A program made the translations under genes and the position numbers. A DNA stretch of 63,966 bases, the filler included, from Octopus bimaculoides (lineage: Eukaryota), in the NCBI RefSeq assembly GCF_001194135.2. It is 6 parts of 6 records of this genome, joined end to end, with 100 filler letters (N's around TTAATTAATTAA, not from the genome) between each part and the next. Parts side by side here need not be neighbours in the genome. Positions count along the whole stretch, not along the records: positions 37,545 to 58,559 come from NC_068995.1; positions 58,660 to 60,950 come from NW_026389532.1; positions 61,051 to 62,855 come from NC_069009.1; positions 62,956 to 63,966 come from NW_026343767.1; 2 more parts are not named here. The stretch is one strand, 5' to 3'. Below the pieces are notes generated by a model that saw only the letters and a list, made by a program, of their open reading frames with translations, did no database searches and was not told the origin of the DNA. Numbering within the stretch: position 1 is the first letter of the stretch; every line of letters starts with the position of its first letter. Positions 51,182-63,966 of this stretch are shown one piece after another.

Positions 51182-51789
51182 CACTTCTACACATATATCT
51201 GTAGAACACACGGTCACATATACACAAAACTATCAAGAATTGATAAAAGATGTCATGGTTGTTATTATTACCATTATAGAAGTTGTGTGTGTTTTACGTG
51301 TGTGTCCGTGTATGTGTGTGAAAGTGTGTGTGTATGTGTGTGTGTGTACGAAGATTAGTGAAGCAGAGAGAGGGTCAGTTGTGTGTGTATATATGTGCGA
51401 AGGTGAAAGAGTAGATCAAAAGAGGGAGAAAATATAATTTCAACTGTCTTCTAAGAGATACAGTGAATTAGAGTACTAGTGACCTTGTAAGAGATGTAAG
51501 ACAAAAGGTTTTGATATTTAAAGATGTATAGGAATCTTACAAAATGATTGATTAAATGGGAATATAATAGTGAGTGTGTGTGTGTATAGGTGTATGTGTG
51601 TATATGAATGAGTGCATGTGTATATGCGTACGTAGGTTTATGTGTACGTGTATGTGGGTTTTGTGTAGAAGTGTATGCATGACTGTGTGTTGCTTTTAAT
51701 GACAAATAAATATGATTCTATTTAGATAAAATTGTTTTCATTTCAACACATCGTCTCACATCATATCTCCAAGCAAATTCCTCGCCAGC

Positions 51790-51836
<47 letters not shown>

Positions 51837-51846
51837 ATATATGTAT

Positions 51847-52143
51847 GAGGTTGTGTGGTACGAAGTTTGCTTCCCAAAAATATGGTTCTGGGTTCGTGGG
51901 CAAGTGTCTCCTAGTATGGCCTCGGGCCAACTAAAGCCTTGTAAGTGGATTTGGTAGGCAGAAACTGAAAGAAGCCCGTCGTATATAAATATATGTGTCT
52001 GTGTGTATGTGTGTTTGGGTCTTTGTGTATGTGTTTCTCCTCCACCAAATGGTGCTGGTGTGTTTACGTCCCCGTAACCTAGTGGTTCGGCAAAAGAAAC
52101 CGATAGACTAAGTACTAGGCTTTACAAAGCAAGTAATAAGTAC
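51847..52143 (+). mobile_element. SINE family A, truncated by gap
   Basis: Homologous to other copies. Confidence 0.8.
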
Positions 52144-53646
52144 NNNNNNNNNNNNNNNNNNNNNNNNNNNNNNNNNNNNNNNNNNNNNNNNNNNNNNNNN
52201 NNNNNNNNNNNNNNNNNNNNNNNNNNNNNNNNNNNNNNNNNNNNNNNNNNNNNNNNNNNNNNNNNNNNNNNNNNNNNNNNNNNNNNNNNNNNNNNNNNNN
52301 NNNNNNNNNNNNNNNNNNNNNNNNNNNNNNNNNNNNNNNNNNNNNNNNNNNNNNNNNNNNNNNNNNNNNNNNNNNNNNNNNNNNNNNNNNNNNNNNNNNN
52401 NNNNNNNNNNNNNNNNNNNNNNNNNNNNNNNNNNNNNNNNNNNNNNNNNNNNNNNNNNNNNNNNNNNNNNNNNNNNNNNNNNNNNNNNNNNNNNNNNNNN
52501 NNNNNNNNNNNNNNNNNNNNNNNNNNNNNNNNNNNNNNNNNNNNNNNNNNNNNNNNNNNNNNNNNNNNNNNNNNNNNNNNNNNNNNNNNNNNNNNNNNNN
52601 NNNNNNNNNNNNNNNNNNNNNNNNNNNNNNNNNNNNNNNNNNNNNNNNNNNNNNNNNNNNNNNNNNNNNNNNNNNNNNNNNNNNNNNNNNNNNNNNNNNN
52701 NNNNNNNNNNNNNNNNNNNNNNNNNNNNNNNNNNNNNNNNNNNNNNNNNNNNNNNNNNNNNNNNNNNNTATATGTATGTATGTATGTGTAGATATATATA
52801 TGTATATATGTGTGTGTGTGTGTGTGTGTGTGCGTGTGTGAAAGACGGAAGATGGAAGATACGAGATTTTTTATTAATTACCACAATTGTAGATATTTAT
52901 ATATATTTATACAAATGTGCTTATACATAAATATGTATGTATACGTATTCGTGAGTGAATGTTTGCGTGTGTATACATGCGTATAAATATTTGCATGTAA
53001 TTTCATGTAAGGTAAACAAAATTAAATAGCATTATGATATATTGAAACTGATCAATCATCGAACAACATATCTCACACGAATTAGCCAATGTACCGCCAG
53101 CTGTGCATTGCTGTGAAATATCATATATTACCTAAATAAGCCGAATCTTTAAGCAGTAAAACGAAGATAATATTAAAATGCTGTGAATACGAATTCTATG
53201 TAACACATTAAAGCAGTGACATGGAACCTGGTGAAACAAGCGAAAGTAAACAAGAAAGAGTAACCAGAAGTTTACTGGACTTTCACATATTAAACTCCCA
53301 AAATACTTCTGTTTGCATTGAAAACAGCTTCCATACATATGCCATTTGATGAACACCAGTCCGGCGAGAAATTTGAATTGACAAATGATAACTTTCACAC
53401 ACATGCACGCACAAACGCATATGTAAATATAAGTATGTATTTACATAGATATACATATATAATTCTACATATATNNNNNNNNNNNNNNNNNNNNNNNNNN
53501 NNNNNNNNNNNNNNNNNNNNNNNNNNNNNNNNNNNNNNNNNNNNNNNNNNNNNNNNNNNNNNNNNNNNNNNNNNNNNNNNNNNNNNNNNNNNNNNNNNNN
53601 NNNNNNNNNNNNNNNNNNNNNNNNNNNNNNNNNATATATATATATA

Positions 53647-53685
<39 letters not shown>

Positions 53686-55138
53686 GTATATATATATATA
53701 TATACATACATACATACATACATGCATACATACATACATACACACATACACACATACACATGTATGCTGATATGTATTTATTCATGTATGTATGCATATA
53801 TGCATATACGTGTATGTACGTACGCATGTATGTTTATATGTATGTACGTATGTATGTATGCATGTATGTATATAGGTGTGTTCATATGCATGTGTATGTA
53901 TATATGTGTGTTTGTGTGTCTGTGTCTGTGTGTTTGTGTGTATACATGTATGTTTCTTCCTTTTTTTTTTTTTTCATCCATCTTTGGATTTTAGGTACGT
54001 TGACCTACTTCACGTACAATCTAATATCAATAATGTGAAATTACCTTAGAACCGTTCCGGGAGTATTCCAGAATGAATCACAAAGCATTTCTAACATTCT
54101 TCAACGGTAACATTCTCCTGTAACATTCATTTCTACCCTCAGGTTTTCTAAATACATAAATGTCATACCCTGACCTGACACCAGTTGGTGGCCTGTTTGC
54201 ACTTTTATTCGATCATATATGTACGTATGTATTCAGGTGTATGCATACATGCATGCATGTATGTATGTACGTATGTATGTATGCAAGGATGTATGCCTGA
54301 ATGTATATATACGTATGTGTGTATTTATGCTCGTATGTGTTTATATAAATGTATACATGTATGCATCTATAGATGTAAACATGTATCTATGCGTGCATGC
54401 ATCTATGTATGTATGTATATAGATATTTATATATGTATGTATGTATATAGATATTTATATATGTATGTATGTATGCGTGTAAGTATGTGTATAGGCATCT
54501 ATGTATATATGCATGTATATATAACGCAATATAAATTACACTGTGCTATAACCAACCCAAATGTGTGACAAGATGATTGCCCAGTAGCTCCGCAAGAAAC
54601 ACAAATGATTGCTTTCTCTCTCACCGGGAATAAAAGACTTGTGTTTTAACTGAATGAAGATAGATTGTTCTGACGTTTATAAAATTTCTTTACTACATTA
54701 AGAGTTTGGATAAAAGGAAGTAAATTGTCTTTTAGCGTTAACAGAAAACAGCATTGCCTCATGGGATTTGCCTGATGGTTTATTACGTGCAGTAAAATAC
54801 TCATCAAAAAATGTAAAATAGTTTTTGTGGGGGGGGGGGAACGGTGAATCTCGAAGCAGATAAACCTATAAATAATAATGTGTTTATACTGGATTTTAAA
54901 AAAGGCCTTCGAATAGGAAATGATTTAAGGCTGCGTGTGGGAGAATGGAACCTAGATCTGCAAACATGACTAGCGTTCTACCATTGCACCAAAGCAATTC
55001 TTCAGATTTCTCTATTTTAGAAACTTTATTTTTACCAGCGAACATCGTGTGTTGTTAACGTCATAAGAATTTTGAGACTTTGAGAAAATGAAATAATTCT
55101 TCTTTTGGAACTCAGAACGTAACGGCAGACGAAATACC

Positions 55139-55371
55139 TATTTCGTTATTGCCCACAAGGGGCTACACATAGAGGGGACAAACAAGGACAGACAAAGAGA
55201 TTAAGTCGATTACATCGACCCCAGTGCGTAACTGGTACTTAATTTATCGACCCCGAAAGGATGAAAGGCAAAGTCGACCTCGGCGGAATTTGAACTCAGA
55301 ACGTAACGGCAGACGAAATACCGCTAAGCATTTCGCTCGGCGTGCTAACGTTTCTGCCAGCTCGCCGCCTT
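55139..55371 (-). mobile_element. SINE family B, full length, young; followed by a 31-bp duplicate of an internal segment (55108-55138)
   Basis: Head AAGGCGGCGAGCTGGCAGAAACGTTAGCACG; tail ...GTAGCCCCTTGTGGGCAATAACGAAATAG. Confidence 0.9.
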
Positions 55372-55480
55372 CTCGTGAATATACTATTGAACTAACTGGT
55401 CTAGTATTCTGATACATTAGGCTGTGCATCTGAGTCTATGTGTTCATATCCATCGTTTGATATATGTGTGTGTGTGTGTG

Positions 55481-55665
55481 AAGGCGGCGAGCTGTCAGAA
55501 ACGTTAGCACGCCGGGCGAAATGCTTAGCGGTATTTTGTCTGTCTTTACGTTCTGAGTACAAATTCCGCCGAGGTCGACTTTGCCTTTCATCCTTTCAGG
55601 GTCGATAAATTAAGTACCAGTTGCGTACTGGGGTCGATCTAATCGACTGGCTCCCTACCCAAAAA
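55481..55665 (+). mobile_element. SINE family B, inverted relative to 55139-55371
   Basis: AAGGCGGCGAGCTGTCAGAAACGTTAGCACGCCGGGCG... Confidence 0.9.
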
Positions 55666-56768
55666 TGTGTATTTTTAATTATATATATATATATATGACG
55701 TTATCATATATATATATATATATATATATGATAACGTCGTTATCAGTCATTTATTTGAATAATAATAATAATAATAACTGTATAAAAACTGTATAAGGTA
55801 AAAATGGGGGTGAAAAATCCAGGAATAAAAAAGGAGTAAAGAGATAAAACAGGGAAACAGGAAAATTGCCTGGATGCAGTCGGTGAAAGGCAAAAATAAA
55901 ACAGGCGTTGTTTCAGGGAATATGTAAAGAAGAATTATATAAGCAAAATGTTGCTTCTATTTCATTTTTGATAGATCGTTACCTTTGTCATACAGAACCT
56001 GGTGAGGCAAAATAACTGACATTCAAAGATATATTGGTTAATGAATTATATGAAGACGGGAAGATAACTGGTGCATCAGGATTACGCAATGTAAAGATAT
56101 TTTGAAATAAAACGATGTGTACATTCTTTGAGAGTCAGATAATGTCATGAAATTTCCATTTATGCAAATATTTAAAACGAATTCTGATAGACTTAAAAGA
56201 GTTACACAAAGTTAAGATATGAAGGATTGCATAAATGAATATATATGTGTGTCTGTGTGTCTGTGTGTCTGTGTGTCTCCGTTATATACAACAGAATTAG
56301 CATAACGTTAAAATAGCCGTCTATGTTTCATACTAAAAGCAGATTCATCATGAAAAGGCAAATTGACTGCGGTATTAGTTCGGAGATAATATCAATTATG
56401 GGGGTACTGTGTTTAAAAACACCAACGTATCAATCACCGATGAAAATCGACCAGGCAGCAGTGGTTAGAATGCCGGACGCGCGTTTCCGCCTCGCTGGGG
56501 CTTGCCGCTAGCATATACTCATTGCAACCGCACGCTAAGTCAATATCCGTTGCTACTCGTATAAGAAAATAGTGATTGAAAAATCGCTGATGTTGCGGTT
56601 AACCAGTCGGCTGAATAAAAATTCGCTATCTGCAACAAGAAGTAGTATCAGAGTGAAATAGGCATCTGTTTATCATACTAAATGCAAATCCATCGCGAAA
56701 AAGCAAGCTATTTGTTCGGGGATAATATTTATGAGCATACTGGGTTCAAAAGCAAAAATATAGAATGT

Positions 56769-56825
<57 letters not shown>

Positions 56826-56826
56826 C

Positions 56827-56879
<53 letters not shown>

Positions 56880-57126
56880 TTAATATTAATAATTAAGGGT
56901 GCTACAAGTGGCACCAGCACGCTAAAACTAGCAGCCAGAAGACGACTACGACTTGAAATTTTCACTGATACACATTAATTGAACTCGGGAGAATGAGCAG
57001 AAATTCTAAGACAGATTCTGTACTCGTAACGAAAAGAATCGTAAATTGAAAAGCCAGACACACCCGTATCGTCACGATTTCAAACGTTGTAAAAACGTTA
57101 CTTAGTTTGTCCTCAGCGAGTCTTAC

Positions 57127-57189
57127 TGAACCAAGGGTTACAGAAACTGCCCATCTCAACAATGTGCGCGATGACCGTCTTTAAGGCTA
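57127..57189 (-). CDS. Candidate 63-nt exon (phase 1-1)
   Basis: TTTGCAG| ... |GTAAGA; reads ALKTVIAHIVEMGSFCNPWF. Confidence 0.25.
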
Positions 57190-57238
57190 CTGCAAATTTT
57201 AAAAGGTGATCGAAGGGAATAATAAATTATTAAAATAT

Positions 57239-57363
57239 TATCAAGTGGTATAACATACGTAAATAACCATCAACGTAATATCATAAGGTAAATTATTAAT
57301 TAATAATTTTTTACTGTATGGTATTACCTTGATGGTTATTTACGCATGCTATGCCACTTGATA
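57239..57363. repeat. 125-nt imperfect palindrome (47-bp arms, 5 mismatches)
   Basis: TATCAAGTGG...ATCATA vs TATGGT...CCACTTGATA; centre itself palindromic AAATTATTAATTAATAATTT. Confidence 0.85.
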
Positions 57364-57769
57364 CCATTGTAAACAATAATATCCTTATATAGATATAGAT
57401 ATAGATATATATATATATACGTATACATATACACCATATAATATATCATATAAAATAACACATAATGCCACATATCATATAATGGTGGGTATTAAAATCT
57501 AGTTCTCCAAAATACAATAATGGCGATGCTAATTTCGAAGCCAATGGCTAAAAGTTTTAAATCTTATCGTCTGATCAATACTGTGGCGATTTTAACATAG
57601 CTTTTGATACTCTCACCTCTGCCATTATTGAATATCAGTCGGATTCCATTCAGAACACGTACTCAAGTCATGTTTGCTTTCTCTGTTACTAACAAACAAT
57701 GTAGTGCAAACGCACATACACACATTCACACGCACGCATATACACACATAAACAGATTTGTATATTTAC

Positions 57770-57869
<100 letters not shown>

Positions 57870-57979
57870 AGATATACACATACAGTTTTACATATAAACA
57901 ACATACACACATGTATTTGTGTATATATATGCAGATATACATGTATGCAGATGTGTGTGTATGTGTATGTGTATATATA

Positions 57980-58015
<36 letters not shown>

Positions 58016-58108
58016 TGTATGACTGTATGCATGTATCCATGCATACATGTATCCATGCATGCATATATATATGTATGAATATATTCACACACACATATGT
58101 ATGTTGTG

Positions 58109-58139
<31 letters not shown>

Positions 58140-58902
58140 GCTTAGTGGTCAGGGCGTTACAATTGTACCATAATCGTGATCGTGAGATTGCGGTTTCGGT
58201 TCCTGGACCGACCGATGTGGCAGGAAAGCAAGCTACTTACCACACAGCCACTCCTGCGCCTGTTATAATTGTTTTTTACACATATTTTTCATCAATCATT
58301 ACAATAAATAGATATAATATATTCTAATATGCGGCACACACAACACACACACACACATACACACACGCACTACACACATATGTACGTGTGATGTATGTGT
58401 TTCTGTAGATGTATGTATACATCTATCTATGCATCCATCTATATATTTATATACATATATATACATGCATATATATGCATACATATATGTATGTATATAT
58501 GTGTATGTGTATATAAATATATATGTGTGTGTAATACATATATATATATATGTGTATATNNNNNNNNNNNNNNNNNNNNNNNNNNNNNNNNNNNNNNNNN
58601 NNNTTAATTAATTAANNNNNNNNNNNNNNNNNNNNNNNNNNNNNNNNNNNNNNNNNNNNATGGCCGCAGTCAAATGACTGAAACAAGTAAAAGAGTAAAA
58701 GAGACAGAGTAACAAGCCTCAAGTAGAGATGACACGAGCAATGGTTCGGGAGGAGGGGAGCAGTTATAAAAGCGAGGGGACAGTACCCGATGGCTAGAGA
58801 TGGGACTAGAAGGGGTAGAATAAAAAGTAAAGAAATAGCCAACACTTTCCAGGGACAGGTGAGAATCTGACACAAGAACGGTTTAGTGACGCCAATACTT
58901 AC

Positions 58903-58999
58903 CTTCTGGGAGGTTTGGCATTGTTTGTGTTGTTTTTGGTACCAGTGACTGACCTTGCGACAGACGAATGAAAGAGGTTGCGTACTGGGCTGTTGGGAT
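58903..58999 (-). CDS. Candidate 97-nt exon with strong splice sites; reading frame undetermined
   Basis: TTTTTCCCTTTTTCTGTCTGATTCTAG| ... GAAG|GTAAGT; all three frames open. Confidence 0.35.
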
Positions 59000-60361
59000 C
59001 TAGAATCAGACAGAAAAAGGGAAAAATGTATCTGGATTTGTTCCCTCTAAAGTGGGTGCTCAGACTGATGTCAGGAGTGCATGGAATATATACATACAGA
59101 TATATAATAATATTAGGGACAAAATCCAAAATTACAGATAAAAACTCAATTAAAATCAATTTATAAAAAATTAAAATTAAATTGAGCTTTACAGATTAAA
59201 ATATATATAAAAATATATAGTTTTAGGGAAAAGAACCAAGTTTCAAGAACTCATCGATGAAAATCCACTATCACATATAGAAAAATTAACAATTAAAAGC
59301 ACAATAAATGAGTATAATATAAAACAAAGTAAATATCATAAGATAAATATCTTATGATATTTACTTTGTATTACATTATACTCATTTNNNNNNNNNNNNN
59401 NNNNNNNNNNNNNNNNNNNNNNNNNNNNNNNNNNNNNNNNNNNNNNNNNNNNNNNNNNNNNNNNNNNNNNNNNNNNNNNNNNNNNNNNNNNNNNNNNNNN
59501 NNNNNNNNNNNNNNNNNNNNNNNNNNNNNNNNNNNNNNNNNNNNNNNNNNNNNNNNNNNNNNNNNNNNNNNNNNNNNNNNNNNNNNNNNNNNNNNNNNNN
59601 NNNNNNNNNNNNNNNNNNNNNNNNNNNNNNNNNNNNNNNNNNNNNNNNNNNNNNNNNNNNNNNNNNNNNNNNNNNNNNNNNNNNNNNNNNNNNNNNNNNN
59701 NNNNNNNNNNNNNNNNNNNNNNNNNNNNNNNNNNNNNNNNNNNNNNNNNNNNNNNNNNNNNNNNNNNNNNNNNNNNNNNNNNNNNNNNNNNNNNNNNNNN
59801 NNNNNNNNNNNNNNNNNNNNNNNNNNNNNNNNNNNNNNNNNNNNNNNNNNNNNNNNNNNNNNNNNNNNNNNNNNNNNNNNNNNNNNNNNNNNNNNNNNNN
59901 NNNNNNNNNNNNNNNNNNNNNNNNNNNNNNNNNNNNNNNNNNNNNNNNNNNNNNNNNNNNNNNNNNNNNNNNNNNNNNNNNNNNNNNNNNNNNNNNNNNN
60001 NNNNNNNNNNNNNNNNNNNNNNNNNNNNNNNNNNNNNNNNNNNNNNNNNNNNNNNNNNNNNNNNNNNNNNNNNNNNNNNNNNNNNNNNNNNNNNNNNNNN
60101 NNNNNNNNNNNNNNNNNNNNNNNNNNNNNNNNNNNNNNNNNNNNNNNNNNNNNNNNNNNNNNNNNNNNNNNNNNNNNNNNNNNNNNNNNNNNNNNNNNNN
60201 NNNNNNNNNNNNNNNNNNNNNNNNNNNNNNNNNNNNNNNNNNNNNNNNNNNNNNNNNNNNNNNNNNNNNNNNNNNNNNNNNNNNNNNNNNNNNNNNNNNN
60301 NNNNNNNNNNNNNNNNNNNNNNNNNNNNNNNNNNNNNNNNNNNNNNNNNNNNNNNNNNNNN

Positions 60362-60672
60362 GTTGTGAGTGTTTATTGAGCGAAAACACCTAAATCTCTA
60401 CAAGGCTCCGGCAGGGGATGGTGGCGAACCCTGCTGTACTCTTTCACCACAACTTTCTCTCACTCTTACTTCCTGTTTCTGTTGTGCCTGTAATCCAAAG
60501 GGTCAGCCTTGTCACACTCTGTGTCACGCTGAATATCCCCTCAGAACTACGTTAAGGGTACATGTGTCTGTGGAGTGCTCAGCCACTTGCATGTTAATTT
60601 CACGAGCAGGCTGTTCCGTTGATCGGATCAACTGGAACCCTCGTCATCGTAAGCGACGGACTGCCAACAACA
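60362..60672 (+). mobile_element. SINE family C, head lost in gap, (CAA) tail
   Basis: Matches 21857-22142 and 35004-35268. Confidence 0.85.
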
Positions 60673-61095
60673 TAAACAAAAGTCTACTAAGAATGTTGAC
60701 CTTACCTGTCTTCCTTCTTGAGGTTTCAGAAATCAGTGAGGTATTGCTTTTGGCAGACAAGGGCCGTTTCTATAGAAACAGAAAGAAAAAAGAAAACAAA
60801 ATTGCTTCAATATTATTAATATTTAAGAAATATGTAGGTTATATGTTACTTATGTGTTCGACCAGGACAGGCAGTCTACAAGCTCGTATTAGTTACTAGT
60901 ATTGTTGTTGTTGGCACTCAGTCGCTTACGACGTCGAGGGTTCCAGTTGANNNNNNNNNNNNNNNNNNNNNNNNNNNNNNNNNNNNNNNNNNNNTTAATT
61001 AATTAANNNNNNNNNNNNNNNNNNNNNNNNNNNNNNNNNNNNNNNNNNNNTAAAATCAATTTATAAAAAATTAAAATTAAATTGAGCTTTACAGA

Positions 61096-61460
61096 GTAGG
61101 TCCCGGGTTCAGTCCCACTGCGTAGCATCTTGGGCAAGTGTCTTCTACTATAGCCTTGGGCCGACCAAAGCCTTGTGAGTGGATTTGGTAGACGGAAACT
61201 GAAAGAAGCCCGTCGTATATATGTATATATATATATATGTATGTGTGTGTATGTGCTTGTGTGTCTGTGTTTGTCCCCCCAACATCGCTTGACAACCGAT
61301 GCTGGTGTGTTTATGTCCCCGTAACTTAGCGGTTCGGCAAAAGAGACCGATAGAATAAGTACTAGGCTTCCAAAGAATAAGTCCTGGGGTCGATTTGATC
61401 GACTAAAGGCGGTGCTTCAGCATGGCCACAGTCAAAAAACTGAAACAAGTAAAAGAATAA
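61096..61460 (+). mobile_element. SINE family A, 5'-clipped
   Basis: CCCGGGTTCAGTCCCACTGCG...TGAAACAAGTAAAAGA. Confidence 0.85.
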
Positions 61461-61539
61461 AAGATATATATATATATATATACATTTAAATATATACATA
61501 AATACACATATGCATGTATACACACACATATACATACAT

Positions 61540-62587
61540 ATAGGCGTAAAGGCAAGAAATCTGCTGAGGCTCACAAAGGGATATGTGAAGTTTTTGGTGC
61601 TGATTGTTTAACAGAATGCACATGTCAGAAATGGTTTAAAAAAATTCCATTCTGGAGATTTTTCACTCAAAAATGACCAACATTCTGGTCAACCTACTGA
61701 AGTTGATTATGACCAAATTAAGGCCATACTTGAATCTAATTCTCATATAACTGTGTGAGAGATTGCCGAGGGCTTAAATGTATCACACACAACAATTGAA
61801 GATCACTTAAAATGTCTTGATATTTGGGTTCCACATAAATTGAAAGAGATTGACTTAACACAACAAATGAATATTTGCAATATGCATCTCAAATGCAATG
61901 AAATCAAACTATTTTTTGAAAAGAATCATCACTGGTGATGAAAAATGGACTGTCTGCAATAATATCGATCAAAAACAATAATGGTCCAAGAATAATGAAC
62001 CATCACAAACCACATCAAAAGGTGAATTGTATCAAAAATAAAGATCATGTTGTCAATTTGGTGGAATTACAAAGGTGTTGTGTATTTTGAGCTGTTTCCA
62101 AGGAACCAAATGATCAATTCAGATGTTTACTGTCAACAACTAATGAAACTGGAGGAAGCAATCATAGAAAAACAGCCAGAATTGGCAAATCGTAATGGAA
62201 TAGTGTTCCGTCATGACAATGCTAGACCACACCTGTTTTTGCTAACTCGTGAACAGTTATTGGAGGTTGGTTGGGAAGTGATGTCACATCCACCGTATAG
62301 TCCTGACCTTCTACCATCTGATTACCATTTATTTCAAAGTTTGCAAAATTCGTTGAATTGTAAAACTTTCAATAATGATGGTGACCTGAAATTGCACTTG
62401 CTTCAGTTTTTGGCTGATAAGGACCAGAAGCTCTATGAGTACAGAATCATGAAGTTGCCAGAAAGATAGCAAAAAGTCATCGAAGAAATTGGAAAATATA
62501 TGATTGATTATAGTTTGTCCTTTGTATGAAAAAAAAAAATGACTTATTTCTCGTTAAAAAACCGAAATTACTTCCTTGCCAACCCAA
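61540..62587 (+). mobile_element. mariner DD34D transposon (mellifera-like), near-complete decayed transposase plus right TIR
   Basis: WVPHKL, TGDEKW, MLSIWW, HDNARPH then 34 residues to D in YSPDLLPSDY; right TIR reads TTGGGTTGGCAAGGAAGTAATT on the minus strand and is followed by TA. Confidence 0.9.
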
Positions 62588-62761
62588 TATATATATATAT
62601 ATATATATATAATTATGTGTATTTCTTCTATCTTAATGAATAAAAATTCTTCTGATAGAATAAATGGGTTAATAGAAACCAATGTAGCAAAGAACACAAA
62701 ATAACTGTGGTTAGCTCCTGTTTTTAAGGCAGGAACTCCTTGAAATTTTGGGTATTTGAGT

Positions 62762-62819
62762 ATATTTAAGAATTTAAGGATTAACATGCGTTTTCTCCAA
62801 TCCTTAAATTCTTAAATAT
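62762..62819. repeat. Perfect 21-bp inverted repeat with 16-nt loop
   Basis: ATATTTAAGAATTTAAGGATT / AATCCTTAAATTCTTAAATAT. Confidence 0.9.
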
Positions 62820-63924
62820 CGGGGCGACAAACACAGACACACAAACATATACACANNNNNNNNNNNNNNNNNNNNNNNNNNNNNNNNNNNNNNNNNNNNT
62901 TAATTAATTAANNNNNNNNNNNNNNNNNNNNNNNNNNNNNNNNNNNNNNNNNNNNTACATATATATATATATATATATATATATGTCTGTGCATGTGCGT
63001 GTGCGTGCATGCCTGTGTCTACGTGTGTGTGTGTGTGTATGCATTGTATTAAGGGCTGTTGTATTAATGCTTATTTGACTTTTGCTCTCTCTATATAATT
63101 GTGGAATATTTTTGTACTGGTTCATCATCTCATGCGTCCGTGTAACAGCTGTATACGCTACACATGAACTTGCCCTACATGTGTGACATCTTCTTGTTTC
63201 CACAATAGATCATTACATATCTGTGACTAATTTCATTCATACACACAGACATATGGAAGCATATGTACACAAACCCAATAAATACACACCCGTGCATCTA
63301 TACATTCGTACATGCTTTGTAATATAGGATATCTGCGAAGGGAATGCGCATTTCCTGTCCAAAACTATTGGGAAAGAAAATTATCACTTGTACTAAATAT
63401 AAATATTCAAATCTTGTACTATTGCTACAAGTTTGTATTTGCACCCATTATCGGACATGCACTGTAGAATGGAAGATCCGATTTACATAAAAGTCTCGAA
63501 ATTCTGTATTTAACCAAGAGAATTGGCAAGCTGACATACATTGTCGTAGTCCATTCGATTAGTGGAATTAAATGTTCGTAAAATATTGAATATTCTTAAA
63601 GCATTCGAAAGCTTTCAGAATTACAGACAATCTCATGTGAATGCGGTACACAAACAAATGCATACGGATTAATTAAAGTCACGTAAAACTGTCGTAAATA
63701 GGCATGCGCATTCATTGCATGAGCGCGAGGATGCCCATAGATATACCTAAATATATGCTGGTCGTTTGACGGAGGCACAGACACACTCACACATACACAC
63801 ACATTTAAAAATATACATACACGTACATATATGTATACATTTGACGGACACACTCACACACTCGTACACAATATTTGTTCCCCAGAAATAGAGGGAAAAG
63901 AGAGAAAGACAGAGCGAATTATAA

Positions 63925-63966
<42 letters not shown>

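Noticed and set aside
58903-58999. Wnt6-like CRK-x7-Q-x3-C pattern in one frame (VCRKVSHWYQKQHKQC)
   Set aside because: No downstream ECQxQF...WNC exon was found and the intron position does not fit Wnt genes.

Overview
AT-rich, microsatellite-dense animal genomic DNA with roughly 10 kb of N gaps. The SINE families look like those of an octopus (coleoid cephalopod); this is recognition, not a database result. No intact protein-coding gene, tRNA/rRNA gene or CRISPR array is supportable, and nearly all long ORFs in the track are microsatellite or N artefacts. The window contains many copies of three tRNA-headed SINE families (here A, B, C), decayed Tc1/mariner transposases (three DD34D-type mariner fragments, one near-complete DD34D copy, two DD37D/maT copies), non-LTR retrotransposon fragments (R4/Dong, Tx1/L1, CRE, RTE-like), several MITE/foldback elements, and a few candidate exons of an unidentified host gene. 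The most notable signal is three distinct minimal type-I hammerhead ribozyme motifs of the Penelope/retrozyme kind, each with a self-complementary, essentially loop-less stem III: 5284-5329 (-), 30273-30336 (+) and 41590-41632 (-). The first appears to be the tail of a tRNA-headed SINE whose (TAA)n linker was hit by an R4/Dong insertion. A candidate RFX X-box/GC-box/CCAAT promoter lies at about 4170-4340.
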